From Spirochaetia bacterium (GTDB lineage: Bacteria; Spirochaetota; Spirochaetia; UBA9216): a DNA stretch of 64,000 nucleotides. The notes beneath the pieces are model-generated. The model was not told the origin of the DNA. It searched no databases and worked only from the letters and a program-made list of their open reading frames with translations. Below are positions 53,450 to 62,378 of the stretch, in pieces. The translations under genes and the position numbers were made by a program. The stretch covers positions 1,184,001-1,248,000 of the forward strand of contig OZ223269.1 in assembly GCA_965140585.1 (NCBI GenBank), in the 5' to 3' direction. Positions within the stretch are counted from its first letter, which is position 1; every line of letters begins with the position of its first letter.

Positions 53450-53624
53450 GTAGAATAAAGTCAGCTGCCAGGCACTGGATGAATTAACCATGACTTTACT
53501 CACCAACTTTGTACTATAAATCATTTTTTTTGACAAGCCTTTCTGGCTAAATTCCCAATATATTTCAGACAATTTCTATTCTAAGGCATATATAAAAACG
53601 ACCAATTTATTAATACTTAAAATG

Positions 53625-53653
53625 TTGACAAAAAAGTAAAAAACATGTAAGTT
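53625..53653 (+). promoter_or_regulatory. sigma70 promoter for tRNA-Thr
   Basis: TTGACA-17 nt-TAAGTT about 25 nt upstream of the tRNA, with AT-rich upstream sequence. Confidence 0.65.
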
Positions 53654-53677
53654 ACCACCACAGTTAAGGACTGTTAA

Positions 53678-53751
53678 GCCGCCTTAGCTCAGCTGGCCAG
53701 AGCACGTGACTTGTAATCTCGGGGTCGTCAGTTCGAATCTGACAGGCGGCT
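53678..53751 (+). tRNA. tRNA-Thr (TGT), no encoded CCA
   Basis: GCCGCCT/AGGCGGC acceptor; CTTGTAA anticodon loop; GTCAGTTCGAATCTGAC T arm. Confidence 0.96.
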
Positions 53752-53760
53752 GTAATCTTC

Positions 53761-53791
53761 AGGTAATACTCAATAAGTATTACCTTTTTTT
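53761..53791 (+). terminator. Intrinsic terminator after tRNA-Thr
   Basis: aggtaatact-caata-agtattacct followed by a T-tract. Confidence 0.85.
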
Positions 53792-53817
53792 ATGCCTGTG
53801 CATGCTATAATTTCAAT

Positions 53818-54144
53818 TTGTCAGATAATAGAGCAGATATCGATACGCTAATCAAACAATAAGGGCCGAAGGTATTCAATATTACCTACTGCTTCCTTGG
53901 TGATATTCATGATTTGTAAGATGCGGTTCAGGAAACATTTATTAAGGTTAATAAAAAAATTGACAGCTTTCAGAATCTCAGCATAATTTATACCTGGATT
54001 TACCGAATAGCAGTAAATACCAGTCTATCCTACAGGAAAAATTACAGCAGTAACCCATGTAAATGTGAGAAGAAAATCAGCTACCTCTTATCAGATAATG
54101 CACCGTATATTGAGTATAACCAGTGTCGTGACAGGTATAGTTAA
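53818..54144 (+). pseudogene. ECF sigma factor pseudogene (region 2 only)
   Basis: One frame reads DIDTLIKQ*GPKVFNITYCFLGDIHDL*DAVQETFIKVNKKIDSFQNLSIIYTWIYRIAVNTSLSYRK; TAA at 53860 and 53917; no region 4. Confidence 0.85.
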
Positions 54145-54157
54145 CTATTTCTTAACT

Positions 54158-54925
54158 TTAATTAAATGCAGTGAGAGTAAGGATTTCGGTTTTATCTGAG
54201 GTCACTGCTATTGTATGTTCAAACTGGGCACAGGGCATCCGGTCTTTTGTTATCACAGTCCAGTTATCATTCAGTGTTTCAACTGAATCTATACCTCTGG
54301 TAAGAATAGGCTCTATTGTAAAAACCATTCCGGGCACAACGGGTCTTCCGCTGCCCGATTCTCCTATATGAAGAACTGCGGGGTCTTCATGAATATCTCT
54401 GCCGATTCCATGACCGGTAAAATTCCTGAGAACTCTGAACCCCCTTCTTTCGGCAGCGCTTTGAATAGCAAATCCTATATCTCCCATTCTGCATCCGGCC
54501 GCTGCAGCATTTATACCGGCAGCGGTTGCTTCTGCAGCGGCGGCTATCAAGGCTTTTTTTTCGTCAGGAATTTTTCCGACAGGCAGAGTTACTGCACAGT
54601 CGCCATACCAGCCGTGAAGTCCAACAGTAAGATCAAGGGTAATAATATCACCTTCTCTGAGTATGTAATTATTTGGAACACCATGTGCAGCAACATGGTT
54701 AACTGAGGTGCATAAACAGGAGGGGAATCCCTTATAGCCTTTTAAAGCCGGTTCAGCTCCGGCTCCTGAAATCAGTTTTTCACACTTTAAGGCTATGGAA
54801 GAAGTCGACACACCCGGTTCGACTTCTTTCGATACTGATTCAAGTATACGGGCCGCCAAAGCACAGCTTTGCTTTATTCTCTGTATTTCGTTTTTTAATT
54901 TAAGGGGAACATATGAATATCCCAT
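54158..54925 (-). CDS. map: Type I methionine aminopeptidase
   Basis: CTSVN..AHGVP, GHGIG..HEDP, FTIEP and AQFEHT motifs. Confidence 0.96.
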   Translation of the reverse strand: MGYSYVPLKLKNEIQRIKQSCALAARILESVSKEVEPGVSTSSIALKCEKLISGAGAEPALKGYKGFPSCLCTSVNHVAAHGVPNNYILREGDIITLDLTVGLHGWYGDCAVTLPVGKIPDEKKALIAAAAEATAAGINAAAAGCRMGDIGFAIQSAAERRGFRVLRNFTGHGIGRDIHEDPAVLHIGESGSGRPVVPGMVFTIEPILTRGIDSVETLNDNWTVITKDRMPCAQFEHTIAVTSDKTEILTLTAFN

Positions 54926-54927
54926 CT

Positions 54928-55308
54928 TTATTTTAAATCCGGTCTGAAACTCACTGTATCTCCAAGATAAACATGTTTGATTTCATTATTTTTTATATTT
55001 TTTTCAGTATTAAAAGTTATCATTACCCTTACTACCTTAGGCATGCTACCGGTGCAATCGGGTTCCACGGTACAAAACAGCGGAATATCACTGTATGCCT
55101 CGGACCCTGTCCGTAATGCTTTAGCCGGATTTATTGATACCAGATCGTGAGTAACGCTGAAAATCAAACTTACACAGTCCTCTGATTTCAGGCTGTTTAA
55201 ATTGAAGATACTGTCAACCATCCGGGTTACGCCCTCAATAATTTGTTCACTGTTGTCATTTTTGAAATTGATTGCGCCCCTTGCAGCTCTAGTCATTAAC
55301 ATCCCCAA
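54928..55308 (-). CDS. aroH: Chorismate mutase, AroH class
   Basis: RAARGA, IFSVTHDL...PA..LR, HVYLG...RPDL. Confidence 0.9.
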   Translation of the reverse strand: MGMLMTRAARGAINFKNDNSEQIIEGVTRMVDSIFNLNSLKSEDCVSLIFSVTHDLVSINPAKALRTGSEAYSDIPLFCTVEPDCTGSMPKVVRVMITFNTEKNIKNNEIKHVYLGDTVSFRPDLK

Positions 55309-55311
55309 TTT

Positions 55312-55653
55312 TTAAATGCCGGACACAGGCTTTATAAAAACAAGCAGCGCTGAGATAAGAAAATACACTGCAAGATTAACAGCAATTCCGACACTGATAA
55401 TAATTATTCGTAAAGGCCTGTTTCTTTTATCCGATTTACCGGATAGTGCTAGAATAATGATGTAAAAAAAAGCCATTACAATAAAAATTAATGAAGCTAA
55501 TACGTATATCCTCATTAATAACGTAATTGTACTGTCGAGAAATGACTGGAAATTACCGATTACAATAAGACTGATTACCAGAAAAGAAAATACGAATAAA
55601 AATGTAACAAGCCTTCCGTATACCGATAATATTTTGTCATTCAGACTTTTCAT
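55312..55653 (-). CDS. Small 3-TM hypothetical membrane protein
   Basis: Hydrophobic ORF; ATG 55653 preferred because it avoids overlap with the divergent HAD gene. Confidence 0.7.
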   Translation of the reverse strand: MKSLNDKILSVYGRLVTFLFVFSFLVISLIVIGNFQSFLDSTITLLMRIYVLASLIFIVMAFFYIIILALSGKSDKRNRPLRIIIISVGIAVNLAVYFLISALLVFIKPVSGI

Positions 55654-55717
55654 CGACGTTATTTTAACAGTAAATTTATCCTTGCACCATAGCTTTGTAA
55701 AAATGTACACTGAAGAT

Positions 55718-56611
55718 ATGGAAAATGATTTTAGGTGCTTTCTAAAGACAGTAAATGAACTGAAACCTGTTCCTACCGGAACACCTGAACACAGCACAGA
55801 TTTAAGCATGATAAAAGCTGTAATATTCGATATTTACGGAACCCTTTTTATTTCAGGCTCCGGAGATGTTGGAACAGCAGTCTCATCCGGTTCATCTCTG
55901 GCATTCGGAAAAGCTTTTGAAAAACTGGGAATAATTATTCAAGAAACTGAAATTCTGGAACAGATCAAAGATCAGTATTTTTTACTGATTACACAATCAC
56001 ATTCAAGAGATAAGAAAAAGGGTATTTTATATCCTGAAGTCATTATCACTGATATATGGGCTGAAATTCTTAATAATCCGCTTATTAGCTCATCTACCGC
56101 GGGATACGATATAACACCTGAAACTGCAGCTGCAGCATTCGAGGGTGTGGTTAACCCTGTGTGGCCGATGCCGGGTCTCACAGACTGCCTGAAATCTCTT
56201 TACACTCAGGGATACAAACTTGGAATAGTATCCAATGCACAATTTTATACACCTGAACTGTTTCCTGTTTTCCTTGGAAAGAGTATCAAAGAACTCGGCT
56301 TCAATGACAACCTGAGTATTTTCTCATATAGAACTGGACGCGGGAAGCCTGATGTATATTTATTTGAAATGCTTAAAAAAGGACTTTCAACTTACAGCAT
56401 TGACGCATCAGAGGCTGTTTTTGTAGGTAATGACATGCTTAATGACATTTATGCCGCACACTCTGCCGGACTGAAGACTGCATTATTTGCAGGTGATAAA
56501 AGATCCCTGCGAATGAGGACTGATAATCCGTCTTGCAGAAAGCTTAAACCCGATGTAATATTTAACAACCTTGGTAAGTTTCCAGAAATTCTTCGGGAAG
56601 GTGGTATATGA
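55718..56611 (+). CDS. HAD family hydrolase
   Basis: FDIYGTL, VSNAQ, KPD and VGNDMLND motifs; start probably ATG 55718. Confidence 0.9.
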   Translation: MENDFRCFLKTVNELKPVPTGTPEHSTDLSMIKAVIFDIYGTLFISGSGDVGTAVSSGSSLAFGKAFEKLGIIIQETEILEQIKDQYFLLITQSHSRDKKKGILYPEVIITDIWAEILNNPLISSSTAGYDITPETAAAAFEGVVNPVWPMPGLTDCLKSLYTQGYKLGIVSNAQFYTPELFPVFLGKSIKELGFNDNLSIFSYRTGRGKPDVYLFEMLKKGLSTYSIDASEAVFVGNDMLNDIYAAHSAGLKTALFAGDKRSLRMRTDNPSCRKLKPDVIFNNLGKFPEILREGGI

Positions 56612-57465
56612 AAAAAAGATCAAAGATTGCGGGAACAATAATCATCATTCTTTTAATTGCCGCCGCTGGAGCAGCTGTTATTTTCGGGTACTATCAGTTT
56701 CAGCTTCCTTCTGACACCTATGCAGTTATTTACACAAAAATAAACGGGTGGAACCCTGAGGTTGTAAAACCGGGAGAGTTCCGGATTGAATGGGAAGGGC
56801 TAATACCGGCCAATCTTTCAATGCAGAAAATTGTAATACTTCCCCACCAGCTTAGTATAAACCGCAGCGGAGAATTGCCGTCATCCGATGTCTACAGCAG
56901 AATGATCGAAGGCGATGCGGATTTTTCTTACGAAGCTGAAATACGAATTTCCTATACCCTTACTCCCGAAACCCTCCCGGCCCTCGTTGAAGATCGCTTT
57001 TTAAGAGAGGACAATATAAACGGGTTTTATACTGATTATGATGCTGATATAACCGCCGCAGTAACTGCATTCCTGACAGATGCTGTTACTTCAAATCCCG
57101 AAAGCTTTTCCGCTGACCCTTCAAAGCTTTCGGATCCACTATATGAGTCACTTAATAAAGATTTCCCTAATCTGTCGATAGCAATGATTTCAATAAATAA
57201 ACTTATATATCCTGATATAGAACTTTATAACCGTGTCAGAGAACTTTATCTGTCATCGCTGGAAGTCAAAAGAGAGCTTGAGAAATCTGCGGCTGAAAAA
57301 ACCGCGACAAAACTTTCTGAGGAAACCGCAAAGATAGAGCTTCTGCGCAAATACGGTGAGCTTTTCACAAGCTATCCCGCTCTTCTGGATTATTTTGCAT
57401 TAGAGAACAAGGGTAACAGCATGCTTTCAGGATTAGAACTTCCTGATTTCAATCTGGAGAATTAA
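56608..57465 (+). CDS. Membrane-anchored hypothetical protein (possibly SPFH-like)
   Basis: N-terminal TM, VKPG.F beta segment, C-terminal coiled coil; ATGA overlap with the HAD gene. Confidence 0.6.
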   Translation: MKKRSKIAGTIIIILLIAAAGAAVIFGYYQFQLPSDTYAVIYTKINGWNPEVVKPGEFRIEWEGLIPANLSMQKIVILPHQLSINRSGELPSSDVYSRMIEGDADFSYEAEIRISYTLTPETLPALVEDRFLREDNINGFYTDYDADITAAVTAFLTDAVTSNPESFSADPSKLSDPLYESLNKDFPNLSIAMISINKLIYPDIELYNRVRELYLSSLEVKRELEKSAAEKTATKLSEETAKIELLRKYGELFTSYPALLDYFALENKGNSMLSGLELPDFNLEN

Positions 57466-57506
57466 TATCCAAGAAGATTAAATATTGATTTTCTATGCTG
57501 ACTTCG

Positions 57507-59252
57507 TCAGGAGGCTTCCATCTTTATAACCATGGACATCAGATTACGAAACTCTTTAAGATGCTTCGCTCTGGTCTTCAGCAGGCTTACAAGCGTTATT
57601 GATTTACCCTTAAGCAGATAATGCCTGTTCAGCTGAATCTTCATGACATTAGTTGTACTGTTAACCAGTTCTTCGAATATTTTTTCAAGTCCGCCCAGCG
57701 AATCCATTCCGGCATCAAGAAGAGTCTTGACTTCACGGTTCTTGTGTACAACCATCGTTCGGTAAATCCTCTGCTGGGAAGGTTCAGAAATAAGAGAAAT
57801 ACGTAATTTATGAAAAATCTTACCGTCCTCTTCCTCCGGAGCAAGTGAGTCATCAGAAGCCTTTATCTTGCTTTCAAGATCCTGCAGTGCTATGCTGTGA
57901 TTAAGAAGCCTGTCTCTTGTTATACGGTTCTGTGCAAGGATTCCCTTTTCAAGTATTGAAACAACTTCGCTCAAATGTCCCTGATAAAAACTTACGACAT
58001 AGTTATAAAGAAGATTTAGCGACTTTGTATGTGTAAAAAACGGAAGCCCCATTTTCTGATAATCTATAGCGGCATACTTTCTATAGTTACAAAACTCGAT
58101 AAACCGTTTTCCCTTGAAAATACGGCCTATTTCCTTCTCAATGTATTCTTTCTGAATCTCGGTATAGATTTCTTCAAGCTTTTCCCTGGCCTTCTTGCGA
58201 AGTATTTCCCTGTAGATCATCTTGAAGGGCTGCTCAACATCGACATAATTGATTTTCAGGTAGGGATCTTTTAAAAAGAACCTTAGAAGTTCAAGAATAG
58301 GCATTTTCCTGTTAAAGGCCTTTATACTGAGGATAAATTCCTTAAGTTCATCCTGATTTTCTTCAGGCCATATCTCCGACCCTTCGAAACTTCTGAGAAA
58401 CTCAATGAGGTATCTGTTTATTCGGTATGTTTCATTGAGTTCAGCCCCCCGGTTAACTGCCTTGTAAAGTAGTCTCAAATCATCTAAACAAAGCATAACT
58501 GATGCATTTTTAAAAAAATGTTTCCCGCCGTCCTCTCCGCTTCTGTTTGGGGTAAAACTGAATTTCTGAAAAAAAGCAGTATATGGAAAAAGTATCAGAT
58601 CTTTTAGTCTGTATAAGGGTTTAAGACTGTTATCTATATCATTGTACAACAGCTCGGGAATGCTTGTTATATATTCATCAATCCGCCGTTCGGCCTCTTC
58701 CCTTATAAAATCCTTTCGTCCTGTAGCTGCGTATAGCTGTACAAGCTCATCCATACTGATAAAATCTTCAAGCTCATTCTTACACTGCTCATACATCCCC
58801 CTGATAATATACAGAAGGCTTGATTCAAAAACTCCGGCTTCCATCCAGAGCTTTCTGTAAAGCTCTCTGAAGGCGAATGTTCTGCTGTATATGTTAAAAA
58901 CTTCCTCTGCAAACTGGGGAGTCAGATTTCTGCTTTCAAAGCCCGTAATTCCAGGTTGCTTTTTATTAATATATTTTTTAACCTGCTTTATTCTTCGGTC
59001 TATAAGGATATCGGTGATTTTTCTTCCGCTAAGCTTGCTTCGGATAAAAAGAATCGTGCGTCTGAACCAGCTCATAAGATGCAGGTCTTCGTTTATATGT
59101 CCTTCGATTGAATCTTCAGATTCTGCCGCGGGAATCTCATTATTATCGACCGTCTGTGTATTCAGACTGCTGTTTATTCTATCTAGAAGTGTAGTTCTTT
59201 CTTTTTCAGACAGTGAATGGGATAGTTCATCAAGTACATTCTTCTTGTACAT
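57507..59252 (-). CDS. Conserved helical hypothetical protein (resembles spirochaete DUF5312-type proteins)
   Basis: 581-aa ORF with GAGG RBS and LS..ER..LL..I start; family call is from memory only. Confidence 0.6.
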   Translation of the reverse strand: MYKKNVLDELSHSLSEKERTTLLDRINSSLNTQTVDNNEIPAAESEDSIEGHINEDLHLMSWFRRTILFIRSKLSGRKITDILIDRRIKQVKKYINKKQPGITGFESRNLTPQFAEEVFNIYSRTFAFRELYRKLWMEAGVFESSLLYIIRGMYEQCKNELEDFISMDELVQLYAATGRKDFIREEAERRIDEYITSIPELLYNDIDNSLKPLYRLKDLILFPYTAFFQKFSFTPNRSGEDGGKHFFKNASVMLCLDDLRLLYKAVNRGAELNETYRINRYLIEFLRSFEGSEIWPEENQDELKEFILSIKAFNRKMPILELLRFFLKDPYLKINYVDVEQPFKMIYREILRKKAREKLEEIYTEIQKEYIEKEIGRIFKGKRFIEFCNYRKYAAIDYQKMGLPFFTHTKSLNLLYNYVVSFYQGHLSEVVSILEKGILAQNRITRDRLLNHSIALQDLESKIKASDDSLAPEEEDGKIFHKLRISLISEPSQQRIYRTMVVHKNREVKTLLDAGMDSLGGLEKIFEELVNSTTNVMKIQLNRHYLLKGKSITLVSLLKTRAKHLKEFRNLMSMVIKMEAS

Positions 59253-59264
59253 TAATCACCTCTG

Positions 59265-59894
59265 CTAAATAACATTATTAATAATAACTGCGGCCTTTCC
59301 CTTAAAAAGTCTGACCTTAACTTCTGTTCCAACCGAAACATTGCTCAAACTACAACTGTCGGCCTCCCAGACTGTCTCTTTGAGTTCCCATTTTAAACCG
59401 CTTGTGGATATTATACACGGATATTCGCCTATCGGAAAGATGGATATTGTCTGACCGTTTCTTACCCTGAACATTTCTTCGGTTTCTACCGGGATGATAG
59501 TCTCTGTATCAGTAATCCAACGTACTGGATGCGGCTGTTTTCTGAATATGTTCAGTATTCCAAGCGTATGATCAAGCCGGCCTCCGCCTCCTCCTATCAA
59601 AGTCACATTTTTAAATCCATTCTGAAAAAGGTATTCAACTGCCAGCTCAGTATCAGTAAAATCCTTATCAACAGGATGCAGAACTTTTCTGTCGGCAGGT
59701 AGATTTTTTATCCCTGATTTGTCTACAACCGAATCCATATCGCCTATAAATATATCAGGAACTATTCCATAGGATAATGAAAGATCCCAGCCTGAATCCG
59801 CTGCTACTATCAGCGAAGATTCCTGAAGTATGTCTTTAATATCCCCTTTTCCAGGTCCAAATCCTCCGGTTACAACAGCTCCAATTTTGTCCAT
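59265..59894 (-). CDS. thiN: Thiamine diphosphokinase
   Basis: AADSG, GDMDS, KDFTD and GGRLDH motifs. Confidence 0.93.
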   Translation of the reverse strand: MDKIGAVVTGGFGPGKGDIKDILQESSLIVAADSGWDLSLSYGIVPDIFIGDMDSVVDKSGIKNLPADRKVLHPVDKDFTDTELAVEYLFQNGFKNVTLIGGGGGRLDHTLGILNIFRKQPHPVRWITDTETIIPVETEEMFRVRNGQTISIFPIGEYPCIISTSGLKWELKETVWEADSCSLSNVSVGTEVKVRLFKGKAAVIINNVI

Positions 59895-59899
59895 ACACG

Positions 59900-59929
59900 A
59901 TTATATCAGATTTTATAATTTTTTATCAA
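59900..59929 (-). promoter_or_regulatory. sigma70 promoter for thiN (leaderless geometry)
   Basis: Minus strand TTGATA-18 nt-TATAAT with TGn; ATG 5 nt after the -10 box. Confidence 0.7.
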
Positions 59930-59945
59930 AGTTAAATGAATTTCC

Positions 59946-59973
59946 TAAAGAGGATTTTTCAAATACCGACCAT
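59946..59973 (+). promoter_or_regulatory. sigma28 (FliA) promoter of flaB
   Basis: TAAAG-aggatttttcaaat-ACCGACCA matches TAAA-N16-CCGA. Confidence 0.7.
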
Positions 59974-59980
59974 TTTAAAA

Positions 59981-60018
59981 GGGACAAGGATGTCCCGTGT
60001 CAAATAATCAAGGAGGAT
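59981..60018 (+). promoter_or_regulatory. Two CsrA-type sites in the flaB leader
   Basis: Hairpin GGGACA-AGGA-TGTCCC (ACAAGGATGT consensus) plus CAAGGAGGA overlapping the RBS. Confidence 0.8.
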
Positions 60019-60021
60019 TAT

Positions 60022-60894
60022 ATGATCATTAATCACAACATCAGTGCGATGTTTGCCCAGAGAAGTCAGAAATTCAATTCATGGGCAATGGACTCAGACA
60101 TGAGTAAGCTTTCATCAGGTATGCGGATTAACAAAGCTGGTGATGATGCTTCCGGTCTTGCCGTTTCAGAAAAGATGAGATCACAGATTAGAGGTCTCAA
60201 CAGAGCTGAGAAGAATGCAGAAGACGGAATATCATTTATTCAGGCTACTGAAGGCTACCTCGGTGAAACAACTCAAATTCTTCAGAGACTCAGAGAACTC
60301 GCAGTACAGTCTTCCAACGGTATTTATTCAAGTGAAGACAGAATGCAGATTCAGGTTGAAGTTTCACAGCTGATTGACGAAGTCAACAGAATTGCATCAC
60401 ACGCACAGTTCAACGGAATGAATATGCTCACAGGCCGCTTTGCTAAGGAAGGCGCTGAAAATTTCGTTACAGCAAGTATGTGGCTGCATATCGGTGCAAA
60501 TATCGATCAGCGTGAAAGAATGTACATTGGTACAATGACAGCCCAGGGTCTCGGTCTTCAGCAGGCAGGCGGTTACGCTCATTCTGCTAGTTTTATCTCC
60601 ATATCAACACCGGACAAAGCTAACATCTCGATAGCTATGATTGATACTGCAATCAGAAAAGTTAACAAACAGAGAGCCGATCTGGGTGCTTACCAGAACC
60701 GGCTTGAATATGCAGCTCAGGGACTGTCCATAGGTGCTGAAAATCTGCAGGCTGCAGAATCCAGAATCAGGGACGCCGATATGGCTAAGGAAATGGTTAC
60801 TTACGTTAAGGATCAGATCCTTGTTCAGGCTTCTACAGCAATGCTGGCACAGGCTAACCAGAAAGGTCAGTCAGTACTTCAGCTCTTTCAGTAG
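60022..60894 (+). CDS. flaB: Periplasmic flagellar filament core protein FlaB
   Basis: MIINHN start; [30 protein letters not shown]; SRIRDADMA; AGGAGG RBS. Confidence 0.98.
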   Translation: MIINHNISAMFAQRSQKFNSWAMDSDMSKLSSGMRINKAGDDASGLAVSEKMRSQIRGLNRAEKNAEDGISFIQATEGYLGETTQILQRLRELAVQSSNGIYSSEDRMQIQVEVSQLIDEVNRIASHAQFNGMNMLTGRFAKEGAENFVTASMWLHIGANIDQRERMYIGTMTAQGLGLQQAGGYAHSASFISISTPDKANISIAMIDTAIRKVNKQRADLGAYQNRLEYAAQGLSIGAENLQAAESRIRDADMAKEMVTYVKDQILVQASTAMLAQANQKGQSVLQLFQ

Positions 60895-60939
60895 ATTTAA
60901 AGCATTCAAAGTTCCAGTCCAGACATTAACTGATACCAG

Positions 60940-60968
60940 GGAGACTTCCGTATGGAAGTCTCTTTTTG
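60940..60968 (+). terminator. Intrinsic terminator after flaB
   Basis: gagacttcc-gtat-ggaagtctc followed by a T-tract. Confidence 0.88.
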
Positions 60969-61016
60969 TTTCTGTATTGTTGACAAGCTTAATGTATCAG
61001 GTATTATTGTAATCTT

Positions 61017-62378
61017 ATGAGACGCAAAGTTGATCCTGATGTTATTAAATTCTCAAAGATTATCAAGGATGCAGGCTACAGCTGTTTCCTGGTCGGAGGG
61101 GCTGTCAGAAACATCTCTGCAGGCCTGAAGGTCTCTGATTATGATTTTACAACGGATGCAAAGCCTGAGATCATCTGCAGCCTGTTCAGAAATGTTATAC
61201 CTACCGGCATTAAACATGGAACTGTAACTGTACTTTTTAAAAATCATAGATTTGAAATAACAACCTATAGAGAGGATGGCGAGTACACCGATTTCAGACG
61301 ACCAGACGAGGTAAAATTTACCCCTGATATTTTTGAAGACTTAAAAAGACGTGATTTTACCATTAACTCAATGGCCTATGATGTTCTGACTGATGAACTT
61401 CTAGACCCTCACGGCGGCCGCAGCGACCTTGATGCCGGAATAATCAAAGCCATTGGAAATCCGGCAGACCGGTTCCAGGAAGATGCACTCCGGATAATGA
61501 GAGCATGCCGTTTTGCCGCTCAGCTGGAATTTCAAATCGAAACCGAAACATTTAATGGAATGAAGCTCAAGGCAGAGAATCTCAGGGCGGTATCAGCAGA
61601 AAGGATACGCGATGAGATAGAAAAAATATTCAAAACCAGACTTCCCTCAATAGCATTCCAGATAATGGAAAAAACAGGTGTTATGCAGGTAATACTTCCT
61701 GAGCTTTCAGTTTGCCGGGGCGTTGCACAGAAGGGCTATCATGATTTTGATGTACTTGATCACCTCCTTTTTTCATGTGACGGAGCACCGCCGGATAATA
61801 TGATTGTAAGGCTTGCAGCCCTTCTCCACGATACTGGAAAACCCGATGCCGCAGATATTGATACTGATGGGTTTCCTACATTTCATGGACATGAAATAAA
61901 ATCTGTAGCTATCAGCAGAGAAATTATCCAGCGTTTTAAATTCTCTAAAAATGCGGAAGCCCGAACTCTTCACCTGATTAAGCATCATATGTTTAATTAT
62001 CAGGATGAATGGACTGATGCAGCGGTACGCCGATTCATATCAAGGGTTGGCACTGACTACATTAACGATCTTTTTATACTCAGACGGGCTGATCAGTACG
62101 GTATGAAAAAGTCCTATGCTGACTCGCAGAACCTGCTGGATCTTAAAAAAAGAATCGATGCAATACTTTCACAGGAAAATGCATTCAGTATAAGGGACCT
62201 TGCAGTAAATGGAAACATGCTTAATATCAAGGCGGGTATACCAAAGGGACCTGCAATGGGCACAGTACTTGAATTTCTGCTTGAATCGGTTCTTGAAGAT
62301 CCAGAATTAAATACTGAGGGTAAATTATTAAAAATTGCTGATAATTTTTACAGAAAAAGGATTAATCTTCCTCAATAA
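61017..62378 (+). CDS. cca: tRNA nucleotidyltransferase (CCA-adding type) with HD domain
   Basis: LVGGAVR, DYD, DLKRRDFTINS, EDALR, SAERI, LLHDTGK; TTGACA-16 nt-TATTAT upstream. Confidence 0.9.
   Translation: MRRKVDPDVIKFSKIIKDAGYSCFLVGGAVRNISAGLKVSDYDFTTDAKPEIICSLFRNVIPTGIKHGTVTVLFKNHRFEITTYREDGEYTDFRRPDEVKFTPDIFEDLKRRDFTINSMAYDVLTDELLDPHGGRSDLDAGIIKAIGNPADRFQEDALRIMRACRFAAQLEFQIETETFNGMKLKAENLRAVSAERIRDEIEKIFKTRLPSIAFQIMEKTGVMQVILPELSVCRGVAQKGYHDFDVLDHLLFSCDGAPPDNMIVRLAALLHDTGKPDAADIDTDGFPTFHGHEIKSVAISREIIQRFKFSKNAEARTLHLIKHHMFNYQDEWTDAAVRRFISRVGTDYINDLFILRRADQYGMKKSYADSQNLLDLKKRIDAILSQENAFSIRDLAVNGNMLNIKAGIPKGPAMGTVLEFLLESVLEDPELNTEGKLLKIADNFYRKRINLPQ

Noticed and set aside
53282-53572. 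N-terminal extension of the 243-aa ORF 52841..53572
   Set aside because: It reads through tRNA-Tyr and its terminator; the YkgJ domain starts at ATG 53281
53860-53919. Stop-codon recoding in the ECF frame
   Set aside because: Both stops are TAA, which ends many normal genes here, and region 4 is missing, so decay is the simpler explanation
53752-54157. Intact integrative element at tRNA-Thr
   Set aside because: No integrase and no duplicated tRNA 3' end found; only the ECF relic remains
59830-60021. N-terminal extension of the flagellin ORF
   Set aside because: It overlaps thiN and the promoters; the canonical MIINHN start with RBS is at 60022
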